Positions 17,678 to 26,175 are shown, counted from the stretch's first letter. The stretch: 64,000 bases of DNA from a virus (IMGVR_UViG_3300046001_008198:61220-125219); one strand, 5' to 3'. Translations and numbers: made by a program. Notes: generated by a model not told the origin, from the sequence alone.

Positions 17678-18445
17678 TTACTCAATAACCAAACCTCCGA
17701 AGGCTTTAGTCTTTGTAGTAGCATGTACTTCCATTTTTGCAATAGCCTCTGATTCTCGTTGTTTAATCTGCTCTTCAGGAGAAAGTTGAGCAAATGATTC
17801 ACGAATTTCTTGGTTTGCAAGAGTCAATGATAGTAAAGAAGGCGAAGCCGAAGTCAAGATGCTCGGATTACCTTTCAATAGATTATCATCGTATTTGATT
17901 GGAACAGTACTTCCGACAAAGGATTTACCCTTAGCCTCAAACGCTTTGATTAATTCATCAAGGTTTGTGAACACCTGTTCAACACGAAACACTTTATCTC
18001 CAAAGCGAATTGCGATTCTACGGCGACCGTAGTTCCAATTCTCAAGATGTCCTTTCGGATTCTCAGGAGTAATGTGTTTATCAAATGTGTAAGATTTCTT
18101 TTTCTCAGGATTTTGTCTGTGATAAAGTAATCTTTCAGTATCAACCTTCGCACTAGCAACAACACAATGCACCATAGGTACAGAGATATTTGATTCAGTA
18201 ATGAAGTGTTGAATATCCACACCTTCAACAGTAATATCGTCACGGACAATATCAGAAGTGTTAGGTGTTTCAACATCAGCGCCCCAACCTAAAGAAGTAG
18301 CCAAAGCATTAAGCTTTGCTTGAACTAAAGGGTTGTTAGATGCTGACGCACAAAGAGTTGTCAATGCAGTTTTAGATTTAACACCTAAAGCTAATTTAAT
18401 GTCCGATGACAACGGACAAGCCTGTAAAAATTCTGAAGCATTCAT
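17678..18445 (-). CDS. hypothetical protein
   Basis: 255 aa from MNASEF; followed by a terminator. Confidence 0.8.
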   Translation of the reverse strand: MNASEFLQACPLSSDIKLALGVKSKTALTTLCASASNNPLVQAKLNALATSLGWGADVETPNTSDIVRDDITVEGVDIQHFITESNISVPMVHCVVASAKVDTERLLYHRQNPEKKKSYTFDKHITPENPKGHLENWNYGRRRIAIRFGDKVFRVEQVFTNLDELIKAFEAKGKSFVGSTVPIKYDDNLLKGNPSILTSASPSLLSLTLANQEIRESFAQLSPEEQIKQRESEAIAKMEVHATTKTKAFGGLVIE

Positions 18446-18744
18446 ATGAATGAGTATTTGGTAAAAAGAAGATGTCTTTAAGTAGGCACATCGATTCCTT
18501 GATACAATTCGTGTATGTATCAAACAGAGATATATAAATTAGCGAGCGAAGCCAAAATATCTCGAAGAGATTCAATCTAAGTCAAAGGTTGAGAGTAGTG
18601 AAAAACACTTGATTACCGAGCACCAATTAAGGGACAAGACAATCAAGTGTAAACCTAAGCTGAAACTATGAAAACTGAATACAATCCAATCTATGTCAGA
18701 GGTGAGGATGAGGGTTGATGATAGTAAACAAAACTCCCCGTAGG

Positions 18745-19034
18745 GAGTTGTTGGGTTTCTGCCGTGGCCCACACGCCTATCGAGGTTTGTTTCTTGGGAG
18801 CTGACTTGACCTCGTAGGTACAGTAACATTCAGCTCTTGCATTCCGACAACATTGTCAGAGAAGATTTGGTTGGAGTTCCCCTCTCAACCATGTAGTCGC
18901 AGTGTTCTCAGTGGTTATGATAGATGAGCTCTGCGCGCACCCTCTATCCTGTCCTCGTTGTGCACCATACCATATCGGTCCATCGAGTCAAGGATACTCA
19001 ATCGGTGGTGAATATGTCGAACCAACAACAACTC
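18745..19034 (-). ncRNA. candidate ~290-nt structured RNA with H-type pseudoknot
   Basis: Closing helix GAGTTGTTG/CAACAACTC; pseudoknot stems GAGCTGA/TCAGCTC and CCTACGAGGT/ACCTCG(A)TAGG; hairpins at 18843-18860 and 18869-18890; UACG terminator at 18732-18749. Confidence 0.6.
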
Positions 19035-19108
19035 ACAATATAATCCAATCTAAGTCAAAGGTTGAGCGAAGCGAGAGTGGGTGTGATGAGCGATGATAGT
19101 AAAAGAAA

Positions 19109-19122
19109 AGTCCCGAAGGACT
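19109..19122 (-). terminator. UUCG intrinsic terminator followed by the motif
   Basis: agtcc-ttcg-ggact tttctttt actatcatc. Confidence 0.8.
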
Positions 19123-19185
19123 ATATCTTTTCGACTCCCTTGCTTTCTTGTGGTATGAGAACATCCACTCATCAGATTCATCAAT

Positions 19186-19326
19186 TCAATTCCAATAGAG
19201 GACTCTCACCTCGAGCACATTATCAGGTTCATCATCCAATTCCTTACGGATGAATGCAATCTTCTCCTCCTCTGTAAGGTCAACGGCATCTCGCCACTTC
19301 CTTACAATTTCTAGGAACTTATTCAT
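19186..19326 (-). CDS. small hypothetical protein
   Basis: MNKFLEIVRKWRDAVDL..., ATGA overlap with the upstream ORF. Confidence 0.6.
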   Translation of the reverse strand: MNKFLEIVRKWRDAVDLTEEEKIAFIRKELDDEPDNVLEVRVLYWN

Positions 19327-19499
19327 CTCTTCTTTGTTGCCCATCGGATTAATAAGAAGAGTCCTCCCCACATACACATACTAAGCAGGCATATTTTATA
19401 ACCCGTCATATTATGTGTTGTGAATACTCCTAAGCAGGAAATAAGTACCATTAGTAACATGAATCCTAGTACTCCATTATTAAGTGTTATTCTTTTCAT
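19323..19499 (-). CDS. small two-TM membrane protein (58 aa, below track cut-off)
   Basis: MKRITLNNGVLGFMLLMVLISCLGVF..ICLLSMCMWGGLFLLIRWATKKR*. Confidence 0.6.
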   Translation of the reverse strand: MKRITLNNGVLGFMLLMVLISCLGVFTTHNMTGYKICLLSMCMWGGLFLLIRWATKKR

Positions 19500-19544
19500 A
19501 GTTAAAGTATTGTGGGAGAGTATCTCATCTCCCTTGTTAGTTTA

Positions 19545-19754
19545 TTAAAGTTCTTCAAGGCCTTTAAGCGCCTCCTCTGTATCAGTTATACACTCCTCAC
19601 GGATAATGTAGTGACCCATTCTTTCTGCCATGTATTCCCCTTCAGATTGGAAGTCTTCAGGTCCCATCTCTTGACGAGCCTGTGCATAATCATTGGCTAT
19701 GTCGCAAGCCATAGAGTTGAACTCTTCAGCGCTTACTATTTCAAAATCTTTCAT
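19545..19754 (-). CDS. small acidic protein, first gene of the left arm
   Basis: 69 aa, 29 nt downstream of the 23-bp repeat. Confidence 0.75.
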   Translation of the reverse strand: MKDFEIVSAEEFNSMACDIANDYAQARQEMGPEDFQSEGEYMAERMGHYIIREECITDTEEALKGLEEL

Positions 19755-19806
19755 ATCAGTTCAGTTTAAGTTTATAATCATGGTAATCCAATCTAAGTCA
19801 AAGGTT

Positions 19807-20150
19807 TAATACAGTAGTATATAATAAGACCATTATACACAGTGAGTGAGCAGTGAGAGTCTGACGAGCGAAGCGAGTCCAAGTGTTGAGTGTGAGTGAG
19901 TGAGAGGTGAGACATTCATTCTCAGGAGAGATCATCAACAACCCCTCCCCCCTCTGGTTTTTTTTCTTGAATAATTAGCTGAATATTTCCAAGCTCCTGT
20001 GGTCAATGGGGGGTGGACCCCTCTTGCTTCAATGGGTGGGGTGGTTTATGTAAGGACCATCATCACATCATTATACATTATTTTTATCAATTCCGCATGA
20101 CCCTCAACACACCCTTACATAATATTTCACCCAATTCCGCGAGAATTAAA
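19807..20150. other. strand-switch non-coding region; candidate origin or genome terminus
   Basis: Divergent gene orientation; GTGAG runs; GAGCGAAGCGAG at 19866-19877; C- and G-homopolymer tracts at 19940-20045. Confidence 0.45.
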
Positions 20151-20158
20151 TTTTTATG

Positions 20159-20166
20159 TATCTTTG
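20159..20166 (+). promoter_or_regulatory. Bacteroidota -7 promoter element TATCTTTG
   Basis: TAnnTTTG 25 nt upstream of the first plus-strand ATG; similar at 21930-21937, 26843-26850, 46544-46551. Confidence 0.6.
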
Positions 20167-20191
20167 GTGGACCAACCAATAAATTTGAATT

Positions 20192-20410
20192 ATGGCTTTG
20201 ACCACACTTACAAAGAAAGTTCTCAATTTCTCAGAGATTCCCAATTCAGTTAAAAAAGATCACTGGTTAACGCTCATTGATAATATTGAATTGAAGGAAG
20301 TTCATATCGAAAACGATCCGCAGGATAAAGACCCCGTTGTTAATTGGATCAATACGATTTATCCTGAGTTACAAGATGAAGACTCGTTCTATATTAATTT
20401 GAAAGCCTAA
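20192..20410 (+). CDS. hypothetical protein
   Basis: 72-aa ORF. Confidence 0.7.
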   Translation: MALTTLTKKVLNFSEIPNSVKKDHWLTLIDNIELKEVHIENDPQDKDPVVNWINTIYPELQDEDSFYINLKA

Positions 20411-20414
20411 AGTT

Positions 20415-20645
20415 ATGAGCAAGAAAAAGGATGATAAAGAGGAAACTCGACCTTTGTTTATTATTGAAGCTGCAGATGACTTGAATGATAAGGATTATAA
20501 TGCAGTTAAAGTTTATGTGTCAGATGATATTCCGAAAGCTGTATTGGCTGGAATTCTAAATAGTATTTCACAGATGTTACTTCAGGAAAGTGAAGCTGAA
20601 AAGAAACCAGGAATGAAAATGATTAAACCACAAGGAGATGCCTGA
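20415..20645 (+). CDS. hypothetical protein
   Basis: 76-aa ORF. Confidence 0.7.
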   Translation: MSKKKDDKEETRPLFIIEAADDLNDKDYNAVKVYVSDDIPKAVLAGILNSISQMLLQESEAEKKPGMKMIKPQGDA

Positions 20646-20859
20646 TAAACATTGTTTTACTTCGCGGAGATTAAACGCGATTAGCAAGGTTAGACATAAA
20701 CTGAACGTCTCTCTTCCTGGATCTGGATCCTATAATCATTCCGATATTAAAGTTATGTTAGAATATATTGAGGAATTGGAGGCCAAGAATATAGATCATG
20801 TGAATGTTCGCAAGGACTTGAGTAAACGTATTGATAATCTTATTAAAAAATATAGCTGA
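20638..20859 (+). CDS. hypothetical protein
   Basis: 73-aa ORF overlapping its neighbours. Confidence 0.65.
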   Translation: MPDKHCFTSRRLNAISKVRHKLNVSLPGSGSYNHSDIKVMLEYIEELEAKNIDHVNVRKDLSKRIDNLIKKYS

Positions 20860-21311
20860 TGGTAACTGTTGGTGGTACTGCTGCAGAGGTGAAGATTTCT
20901 TTTGATGGAAATCAGGCATACGAATATCTCTATAAATATGTTGAGGATAATTTATTTCAATTGTTTGATGATCACAAAGGAATAATAAATGATGTTGCAT
21001 GGATGAGAGGAAAGGATCCTAATTTGTGTCTGGCATTATTTGATTGGAAGTACTTGGATCACTTACGAATGAATATTTATGATCGTGGTCTTGGTGAGTT
21101 TATCCAGAATATGTCATTCTTTGGTGAATCACTTGTCTGGTGTAGATTGGATAAATCGTATAGACTTGGAACGCAAGTTGGTGAAATCAAAGATAAAGGA
21201 ACGCTGCGGTTTATCATTGGTGTTCGTATGTACCCTGATTCACTTCCTAAGATATTCTTTGATGTCATGTCTATGTCACACCTATCCACCGGATACACAG
21301 AAAAAGTCTAA
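20859..21311 (+). CDS. hypothetical protein
   Basis: 150-aa ORF. Confidence 0.7.
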   Translation: MVTVGGTAAEVKISFDGNQAYEYLYKYVEDNLFQLFDDHKGIINDVAWMRGKDPNLCLALFDWKYLDHLRMNIYDRGLGEFIQNMSFFGESLVWCRLDKSYRLGTQVGEIKDKGTLRFIIGVRMYPDSLPKIFFDVMSMSHLSTGYTEKV

Positions 21312-21313
21312 GT

Positions 21314-21793
21314 ATGCCATACGGAGTTTTAAGTAGTATTTCATTGGAGCCGTATTCACCAAACGATATGATTGTTTGTTCTGGATATTCGGCGCAGGAA
21401 TTACATGATTGGCTACAGGATGTTTATGTAGGCGATTGGTATGGATCCGATATTATTCCAACTCTGGGCGCTATCAAAAAACACGCTATAGCCAAACAAA
21501 ATATTCTCACTATGATTCGTGAGCAAGAATCAAGCATCGATGCTTTGAATAATGAAGCTGCTGCAGTAGGTGGATGTTTGTTCTACGATAAAGAAAAAAA
21601 CATTTACTTAATGGTCCTACGTGCAGGATTCAATCCATACTCACCGGAAGATATGATCAATACAGCCCATGAAGTTCTACACATGTGTCAGGTGTTCCTA
21701 CCCACATATTTTGACCGAACCTTGGAAATGGAAAACGAAGCTTACTTCCACAGTAATATGATGCGCCAGATCTATAAAAAATTTATCTCTTAA
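21314..21793 (+). CDS. HExxH metallopeptidase-like protein
   Basis: TAHEVLHM..ENEAY zincin-like motif. Confidence 0.55.
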   Translation: MPYGVLSSISLEPYSPNDMIVCSGYSAQELHDWLQDVYVGDWYGSDIIPTLGAIKKHAIAKQNILTMIREQESSIDALNNEAAAVGGCLFYDKEKNIYLMVLRAGFNPYSPEDMINTAHEVLHMCQVFLPTYFDRTLEMENEAYFHSNMMRQIYKKFIS

Positions 21794-21990
21794 TATGTAA
21801 TATAGAGAAAAAGATTTAAGTATTTAATTCTCAATAAGTTACACGATTTCTCTGCACCCCTTTCGGTGCAAAAAAGCACCTTTTATGGAATAATTGCACC
21901 TTTTATGGTGTAGATATGAAATTAATTTATATCTTTGTTTTACCAACCAATGATTAGAACCTGCGGGTTCCGAGTCAGTAAAATAAAAAT

Positions 21991-22176
21991 ATGAAAAGAA
22001 TTTTTAATCTTGAGGAAGCCGAAGCCTGGTTTCTTACAAACTCCACAGGATCTGTAATCTGTGTAAATGAGAAAGGTAGTGAGCTACCATGTTCGTCATA
22101 CATCGATGCAAAGGTGTTCTTCACGCAACCGGAAGATATGCCAAGTCACCAAATTCTTAAAGAAGGGCTTAATTAA
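21991..22176 (+). CDS. hypothetical protein
   Basis: 61 aa downstream of TAnnTTTG. Confidence 0.65.
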   Translation: MKRIFNLEEAEAWFLTNSTGSVICVNEKGSELPCSSYIDAKVFFTQPEDMPSHQILKEGLN

Positions 22177-22694
22177 TGACTTCTATCGCAAGGAAAATTC
22201 CAGTCGTTACTAAAGTGGATGTGGAAAAGTATGTCAATAAAGAAACGGGCGAAGTAATGCAATCGGAAATGGGAATGGGAATGGGAAAAGTTCATGTTGT
22301 TGGACAGAGTGAAAGTGTACTTATCAGCAGTGATGAATACATTATCATCGATAGTCAAGCAATTGAATATGTCGGAAAGGAGTTTGCTCCAATGGATGTA
22401 GGTCGAATTATGAAGATGGCTAATATGACTTATGGGCCATACAACATAATCCACAAAAATGGAGCTCCTTGTACGGATGATCAATTGATGCAGGAATTGA
22501 ATTACAGCCGAAATAAATATGCAGACTTCATGAAACGCTTGTATCGCAAGTCTGTTATCTATTACATGTCTGGAGTATTCGAAGGAAAAGAGGCAAAGTA
22601 CATTCTCCTGAATCCTCACTTAGCACGCAAAAGAAAAACAGTTCATGTGGATGTATTGAGTGTATTTGATAATATCAGCAAAAGAGGATTATGA
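22176..22694 (+). CDS. RepL-like winged-helix replication/DNA-binding protein
   Basis: YVNKETGEV, wHTH (QLMQELNYSRNKYADFMKRL), YILLNPHLARK. Confidence 0.65.
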   Translation: MTSIARKIPVVTKVDVEKYVNKETGEVMQSEMGMGMGKVHVVGQSESVLISSDEYIIIDSQAIEYVGKEFAPMDVGRIMKMANMTYGPYNIIHKNGAPCTDDQLMQELNYSRNKYADFMKRLYRKSVIYYMSGVFEGKEAKYILLNPHLARKRKTVHVDVLSVFDNISKRGL

Positions 22695-22810
22695 AGTTAT
22701 TTGTAAAAATTTGGGCTTGGGTATCATTTATTATTTCGGTAATCATACTCTTGTACATTACGCAGATGTGCGGATCTGGTGAATCATTAATACACAACTA
22801 TGCCCCGTAA
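22691..22810 (+). CDS. small membrane peptide (39 aa)
   Basis: MKLFVKIWAWVSFIISVIILLYITQMCGSG... Confidence 0.5.
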   Translation: MKLFVKIWAWVSFIISVIILLYITQMCGSGESLIHNYAP

Positions 22811-23177
22811 GAAGAAAAAAGCATCAGAGGGTTTGTTCGCACAACTTGGTGGAGTGAATACAGCAATCTATAAACCATTAACTACGGATAAGTTGGTTAA
22901 TTCTTTAGAAGGTTTTTTTGGAAAAGTACCCGAATCACGTTCTAATAGACAGCTTGTTCTTCAAACTGGTTCTGCGGGAATGGAAATGTTTAATGAGATA
23001 ATGAAAAAAGATGCTGAAAGAAAAGCGCTTTTATCTAAACTGGATGAACTTCATTACTCAGATCAGATTACAAGAAAAGAGTATTCTACAGTGAGAACCC
23101 ATTTAGAACAAGATGATGAAAATTATGAATTTGGTAAAAAATTATTAGATGCAGTGGTACAGAAACTTAGTTGTTAA
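22800..23177 (+). CDS. hypothetical protein
   Basis: 125-aa ORF. Confidence 0.7.
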   Translation: MPRKKKKASEGLFAQLGGVNTAIYKPLTTDKLVNSLEGFFGKVPESRSNRQLVLQTGSAGMEMFNEIMKKDAERKALLSKLDELHYSDQITRKEYSTVRTHLEQDDENYEFGKKLLDAVVQKLSC

Positions 23178-23814
23178 AAGGCAACACATATATGAATTTC
23201 AGCATGGAGATCTAATTAGTGCTGATTTCACACATAATAATTTTATGGTAGGGAGTAGAGTTGGTCCTAACCATTTAATACAAATGGTTACAACCAATCC
23301 AGCCGAAGATTCAAAACACGGAGGTGATTGGTTTGAAGATTTATTAGGAATGGGGCCAGTGTTTACAAGACATGCAAGTGTTTATATTCCGGCGCATGCA
23401 GACAATGTTAATCATCTTTTAAAAATAAAAGAGAAAGGAAAGTTTGATTTTATTAGTGATTCTGTAATTGAAGGCCTACAGCGATTATGTACATCTCATG
23501 AAGATAGCGAGAATATTAAAATGCTTGTTAAAATGATTCGTGTGGAAATGAGAAAACTTCCTATAGTAAAAGGGTGTATATACCGATATGATCCTAATAT
23601 CAAAGAGCCTACATCAGATTCTTATTATCGAGTAATAGCTGTAGATGTAGTTAAAGGAAATATATTTGGAGGGGTTGTTACAACTAAAGGAGTCGAATGT
23701 AAAGCAGATTTAGTTTTAGGAGATTATCGAAGTTTTACTGCTAAGGATTTTCTTCCAAATTCACTATCCGAATATTATAATTTGATGAAAGATGAGAGCG
23801 GAAAAAATATTTAA
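23149..23814 (+). CDS. hypothetical protein
   Basis: 221-aa ORF. Confidence 0.7.
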   Translation: MQWYRNLVVKRQHIYEFQHGDLISADFTHNNFMVGSRVGPNHLIQMVTTNPAEDSKHGGDWFEDLLGMGPVFTRHASVYIPAHADNVNHLLKIKEKGKFDFISDSVIEGLQRLCTSHEDSENIKMLVKMIRVEMRKLPIVKGCIYRYDPNIKEPTSDSYYRVIAVDVVKGNIFGGVVTTKGVECKADLVLGDYRSFTAKDFLPNSLSEYYNLMKDESGKNI

Positions 23815-23918
23815 CGGGGTAATGGTGGTAGTATATGGAGTACTGATACTATTATTAATAATGAAAAGTTTGGGTTGTGAAAAAGAATCACAGTCAAAAT
23901 CTAATCTAAAAAACACAT

Positions 23919-24167
23919 ATGGAGAAAGAAGTAGGTAAATTGTATGTAAGTGGAAAAACTGTAATCCTTTGTACAGGATCCGGAACATCTGAAAGAACTT
24001 TTTCAGGAGTAGTCGTAAAGCAAAAAGATCCAACAAGCTACCATCAGGTTGGTGATCATAGCAACAGTTGGACCACGAGTGTATTCGATAGAGAATACGA
24101 AGATCATGTTGTACTTGATAACACACGTTGGAAAGAAAGAGTAGAAATGGGGCATAGTCCTGGTTAA
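23919..24167 (+). CDS. hypothetical protein
   Basis: 82-aa ORF. Confidence 0.7.
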   Translation: MEKEVGKLYVSGKTVILCTGSGTSERTFSGVVVKQKDPTSYHQVGDHSNSWTTSVFDREYEDHVVLDNTRWKERVEMGHSPG

Positions 24168-24178
24168 TTTAAATTATA

Positions 24179-24430
24179 ATGAAAGAAGAAAATCAGCCAC
24201 CGTTACCAGAACCAACTCTGGGTGAAATATTAGCAGATGTTATGATTGGTCCTCTACAGGAAGGTCATAATCCAAAAGTTGCAGAAGCTCGATTGTTAGC
24301 GGCTCGCTTGATCGATATGATGGCTGCCGACAATATGAGTATAGCAAAAGAAAAAATATCAGATGCCGCTGTCATAAGCATATTAGCATCACTTAGTTTA
24401 GTTGAGAAATCTTTAACCTTTAAATTTTAA
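24179..24430 (+). CDS. helical-hairpin protein, distant Acb2/Tad1-like
   Basis: TLGE..NPKVAEARLLAARLID..AVISIL..VEKSLTFK pattern. Confidence 0.4.
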   Translation: MKEENQPPLPEPTLGEILADVMIGPLQEGHNPKVAEARLLAARLIDMMAADNMSIAKEKISDAAVISILASLSLVEKSLTFKF

Positions 24431-24434
24431 TTTT

Positions 24435-24908
24435 ATGAACAACTGGTTTACAGTAAAAGTCCGATACACGAAGCAATTGGACAACGGGCAATTTAAAAGA
24501 GTAAGTGAGCCTTATCTTATTGCAGCAATGAGTTTTACGGATGCAGAAGCTAGAGCTTTTGAAGAAGTAGGTGAATTAGTACGTGGAGAATTCAACGTGG
24601 TGTCAATCACCAGAACTGAAATACATGACATCTTTTCACATGGAGATTCGGATGTTTGGTACAAAGCAAAAGTTACTTACGATTCAGTTACGGATGATGA
24701 GAAATCTAAAAAGGTGGTTCAACACATGTTGGTATCGGCTCATTCTGTAACAGATGCTGAGTCTCGTATCAAGGAAAGTTTAAGCACAATGCTTGTAGAC
24801 TTTGAAGTTCCTTCGGTAAGTATTTCGGCAATCGTAGAAATCTTCCCATACAAAGAAGATTTAGATCGCGAAATAAGTCGAACAGCACCTACAGCTGCAG
24901 CAGAATAA
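24435..24908 (+). CDS. DUF4494 family protein (Bacteroidota)
   Basis: WFTVKVRYTK..VSEPYLIAAMSFTDAEAR, duplicated subdomain WYKAKV..LVSAHSVTDA. Confidence 0.85.
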   Translation: MNNWFTVKVRYTKQLDNGQFKRVSEPYLIAAMSFTDAEARAFEEVGELVRGEFNVVSITRTEIHDIFSHGDSDVWYKAKVTYDSVTDDEKSKKVVQHMLVSAHSVTDAESRIKESLSTMLVDFEVPSVSISAIVEIFPYKEDLDREISRTAPTAAAE

Positions 24909-24921
24909 TTTGTATTTTTAT

Positions 24922-24947
24922 AGGGTGGTTTTCGGATCACCCTTTTA
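24922..24947 (+). terminator. intrinsic terminator
   Basis: agggtg-gttttcggat-caccct tttt. Confidence 0.7.
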
Positions 24948-24957
24948 ATTTTAAATT

Positions 24958-25410
24958 ATGTGGATCTACCAGAATAAAGAATTTACTCAGGATGATATTC
25001 CTGATACCGCTTACGGATTTGTTTACTTGATGACAGCCACAATTGATGGAAAGCATGTAGGGTATATTGGAAAGAAATCTTTCTATTTAAATACAAAGCA
25101 GAATATTGGAATCAAGGAAAAGGCCGCACTGAAAGCTGCAAATCCACACAGTAAGAAAACAAAAAAGATTGTAACAAAGCTTGCATACCAAAATTACTTT
25201 TCGAGTAATAAGACTTTACTTGATGCACAGAAAGCAGGAATCCCAATTAAGAGAATGATTCTGGAAATCTGTAATAGCAACAGAGAGTTGAGTTACAAAG
25301 AAGTAAAGTACCAATTCAAATGTGATGTATTGGAAAGCGATGTTTATTTAAATGATAATATTTTAGGAAAATTTTATAAGTATGGGATTAATAGTATCAG
25401 TAGAAAGTGA
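24958..25410 (+). CDS. free-standing GIY-YIG family nuclease
   Basis: YGFVYLMT..YIGKKSF..YFSS..LNDNILGKFY. Confidence 0.75.
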   Translation: MWIYQNKEFTQDDIPDTAYGFVYLMTATIDGKHVGYIGKKSFYLNTKQNIGIKEKAALKAANPHSKKTKKIVTKLAYQNYFSSNKTLLDAQKAGIPIKRMILEICNSNRELSYKEVKYQFKCDVLESDVYLNDNILGKFYKYGINSISRK

Positions 25411-26170
25411 TAATCAGAGAACCAAGAGTGTTATAAATGGGAAAAAAGCTGTTATCATAGAATCACAAAGAGATATACCTGAATGGTATGATTTTAGAGG
25501 AATGACTTGTTTTATATGGGAACCAAATTCAATAAAGGATCAAATAAATACAGCCTCGTCAACTGCTGTTTGCACAATAATTCAAAATAATGAACATATC
25601 TGGACAGGTCTTGTTCCACATAATCATTTAAAGTGCTCTCGCTGGTCAAGTTTAGAAATATGGACAGATGAGTTAGTATCAAATTCAAATAGTGATATTG
25701 TAAAATGGTTACTTGAAAACAATAAACCTTTTTCAGAAGGAATACAAACCAAGTATGGTATGATGTTCATGAGTACGGCAGATAGTAAAAAGTTTCAAAA
25801 AGAATGGGCTAGTGGCACATGGGCTAAATTAGATAAAGGTTCAGATTTTGATATTGAAAAAGCATCTGAAAATGTATTACTTTTGGACATGGAGGCTACT
25901 TTTGAGAAATGTCTACATATTGCCATTGCCAAGAATAGTGATTATGGTGGTAGCAAACAGAGCCCTTACAATAATTTCCTGAATGCTAAAGCTGTAGGAG
26001 TTACTGTAGAAAGAGGAATCTTAGTTCGAATGATGGATAAGATGTCAAGAATATCAACATTGCTTGACAAGGATCCAAAAGTAGTTGGTGAAGGAATAGA
26101 AGATACACTGGATGATTTAATAAATTATACAGCTATTTTAAAATCATATATTAACCAAAACAAAAAATAG
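25382..26170 (+). CDS. protein with C-terminal DUF1599 / nucleotide-modification-associated domain 1
   Basis: KNSDYG..GILVRMMDKMSRI..EGIEDTLDDLINYTAI. Confidence 0.75.
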   Translation: MGLIVSVESDNQRTKSVINGKKAVIIESQRDIPEWYDFRGMTCFIWEPNSIKDQINTASSTAVCTIIQNNEHIWTGLVPHNHLKCSRWSSLEIWTDELVSNSNSDIVKWLLENNKPFSEGIQTKYGMMFMSTADSKKFQKEWASGTWAKLDKGSDFDIEKASENVLLLDMEATFEKCLHIAIAKNSDYGGSKQSPYNNFLNAKAVGVTVERGILVRMMDKMSRISTLLDKDPKVVGEGIEDTLDDLINYTAILKSYINQNKK

Positions 26171-26175
26171 TTAAG

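Larger units (their letters stand above)
18573..19806 (-). repeat. dispersed 23-bp repeat AACCTTTGACTTAGATTGGATTA (4 copies)
   Basis: Exact at 19041-19063 and 19784-19806; 18-nt match at 18573-18590; degenerate at 18682-18702. Confidence 0.85.

Noticed and set aside
18745-19034. tmRNA identity for the pseudoknotted RNA (GGTTCGAC near the 5' end, end pairing)
   Set aside because: No G3-U70 pair, no T-arm or CCA, no tag frame ending in ALAA-like residues
19118-19130. AAAGATATAGTCC, identical to the group I intron S element
   Set aside because: It is the 5' arm of a UUCG terminator; no P, Q or R elements or interrupted gene upstream
18573-19806. CRISPR array from the 23-bp repeats
   Set aside because: Spacing of about 110, 360 and 740 nt is irregular and contains ORFs; no cas genes
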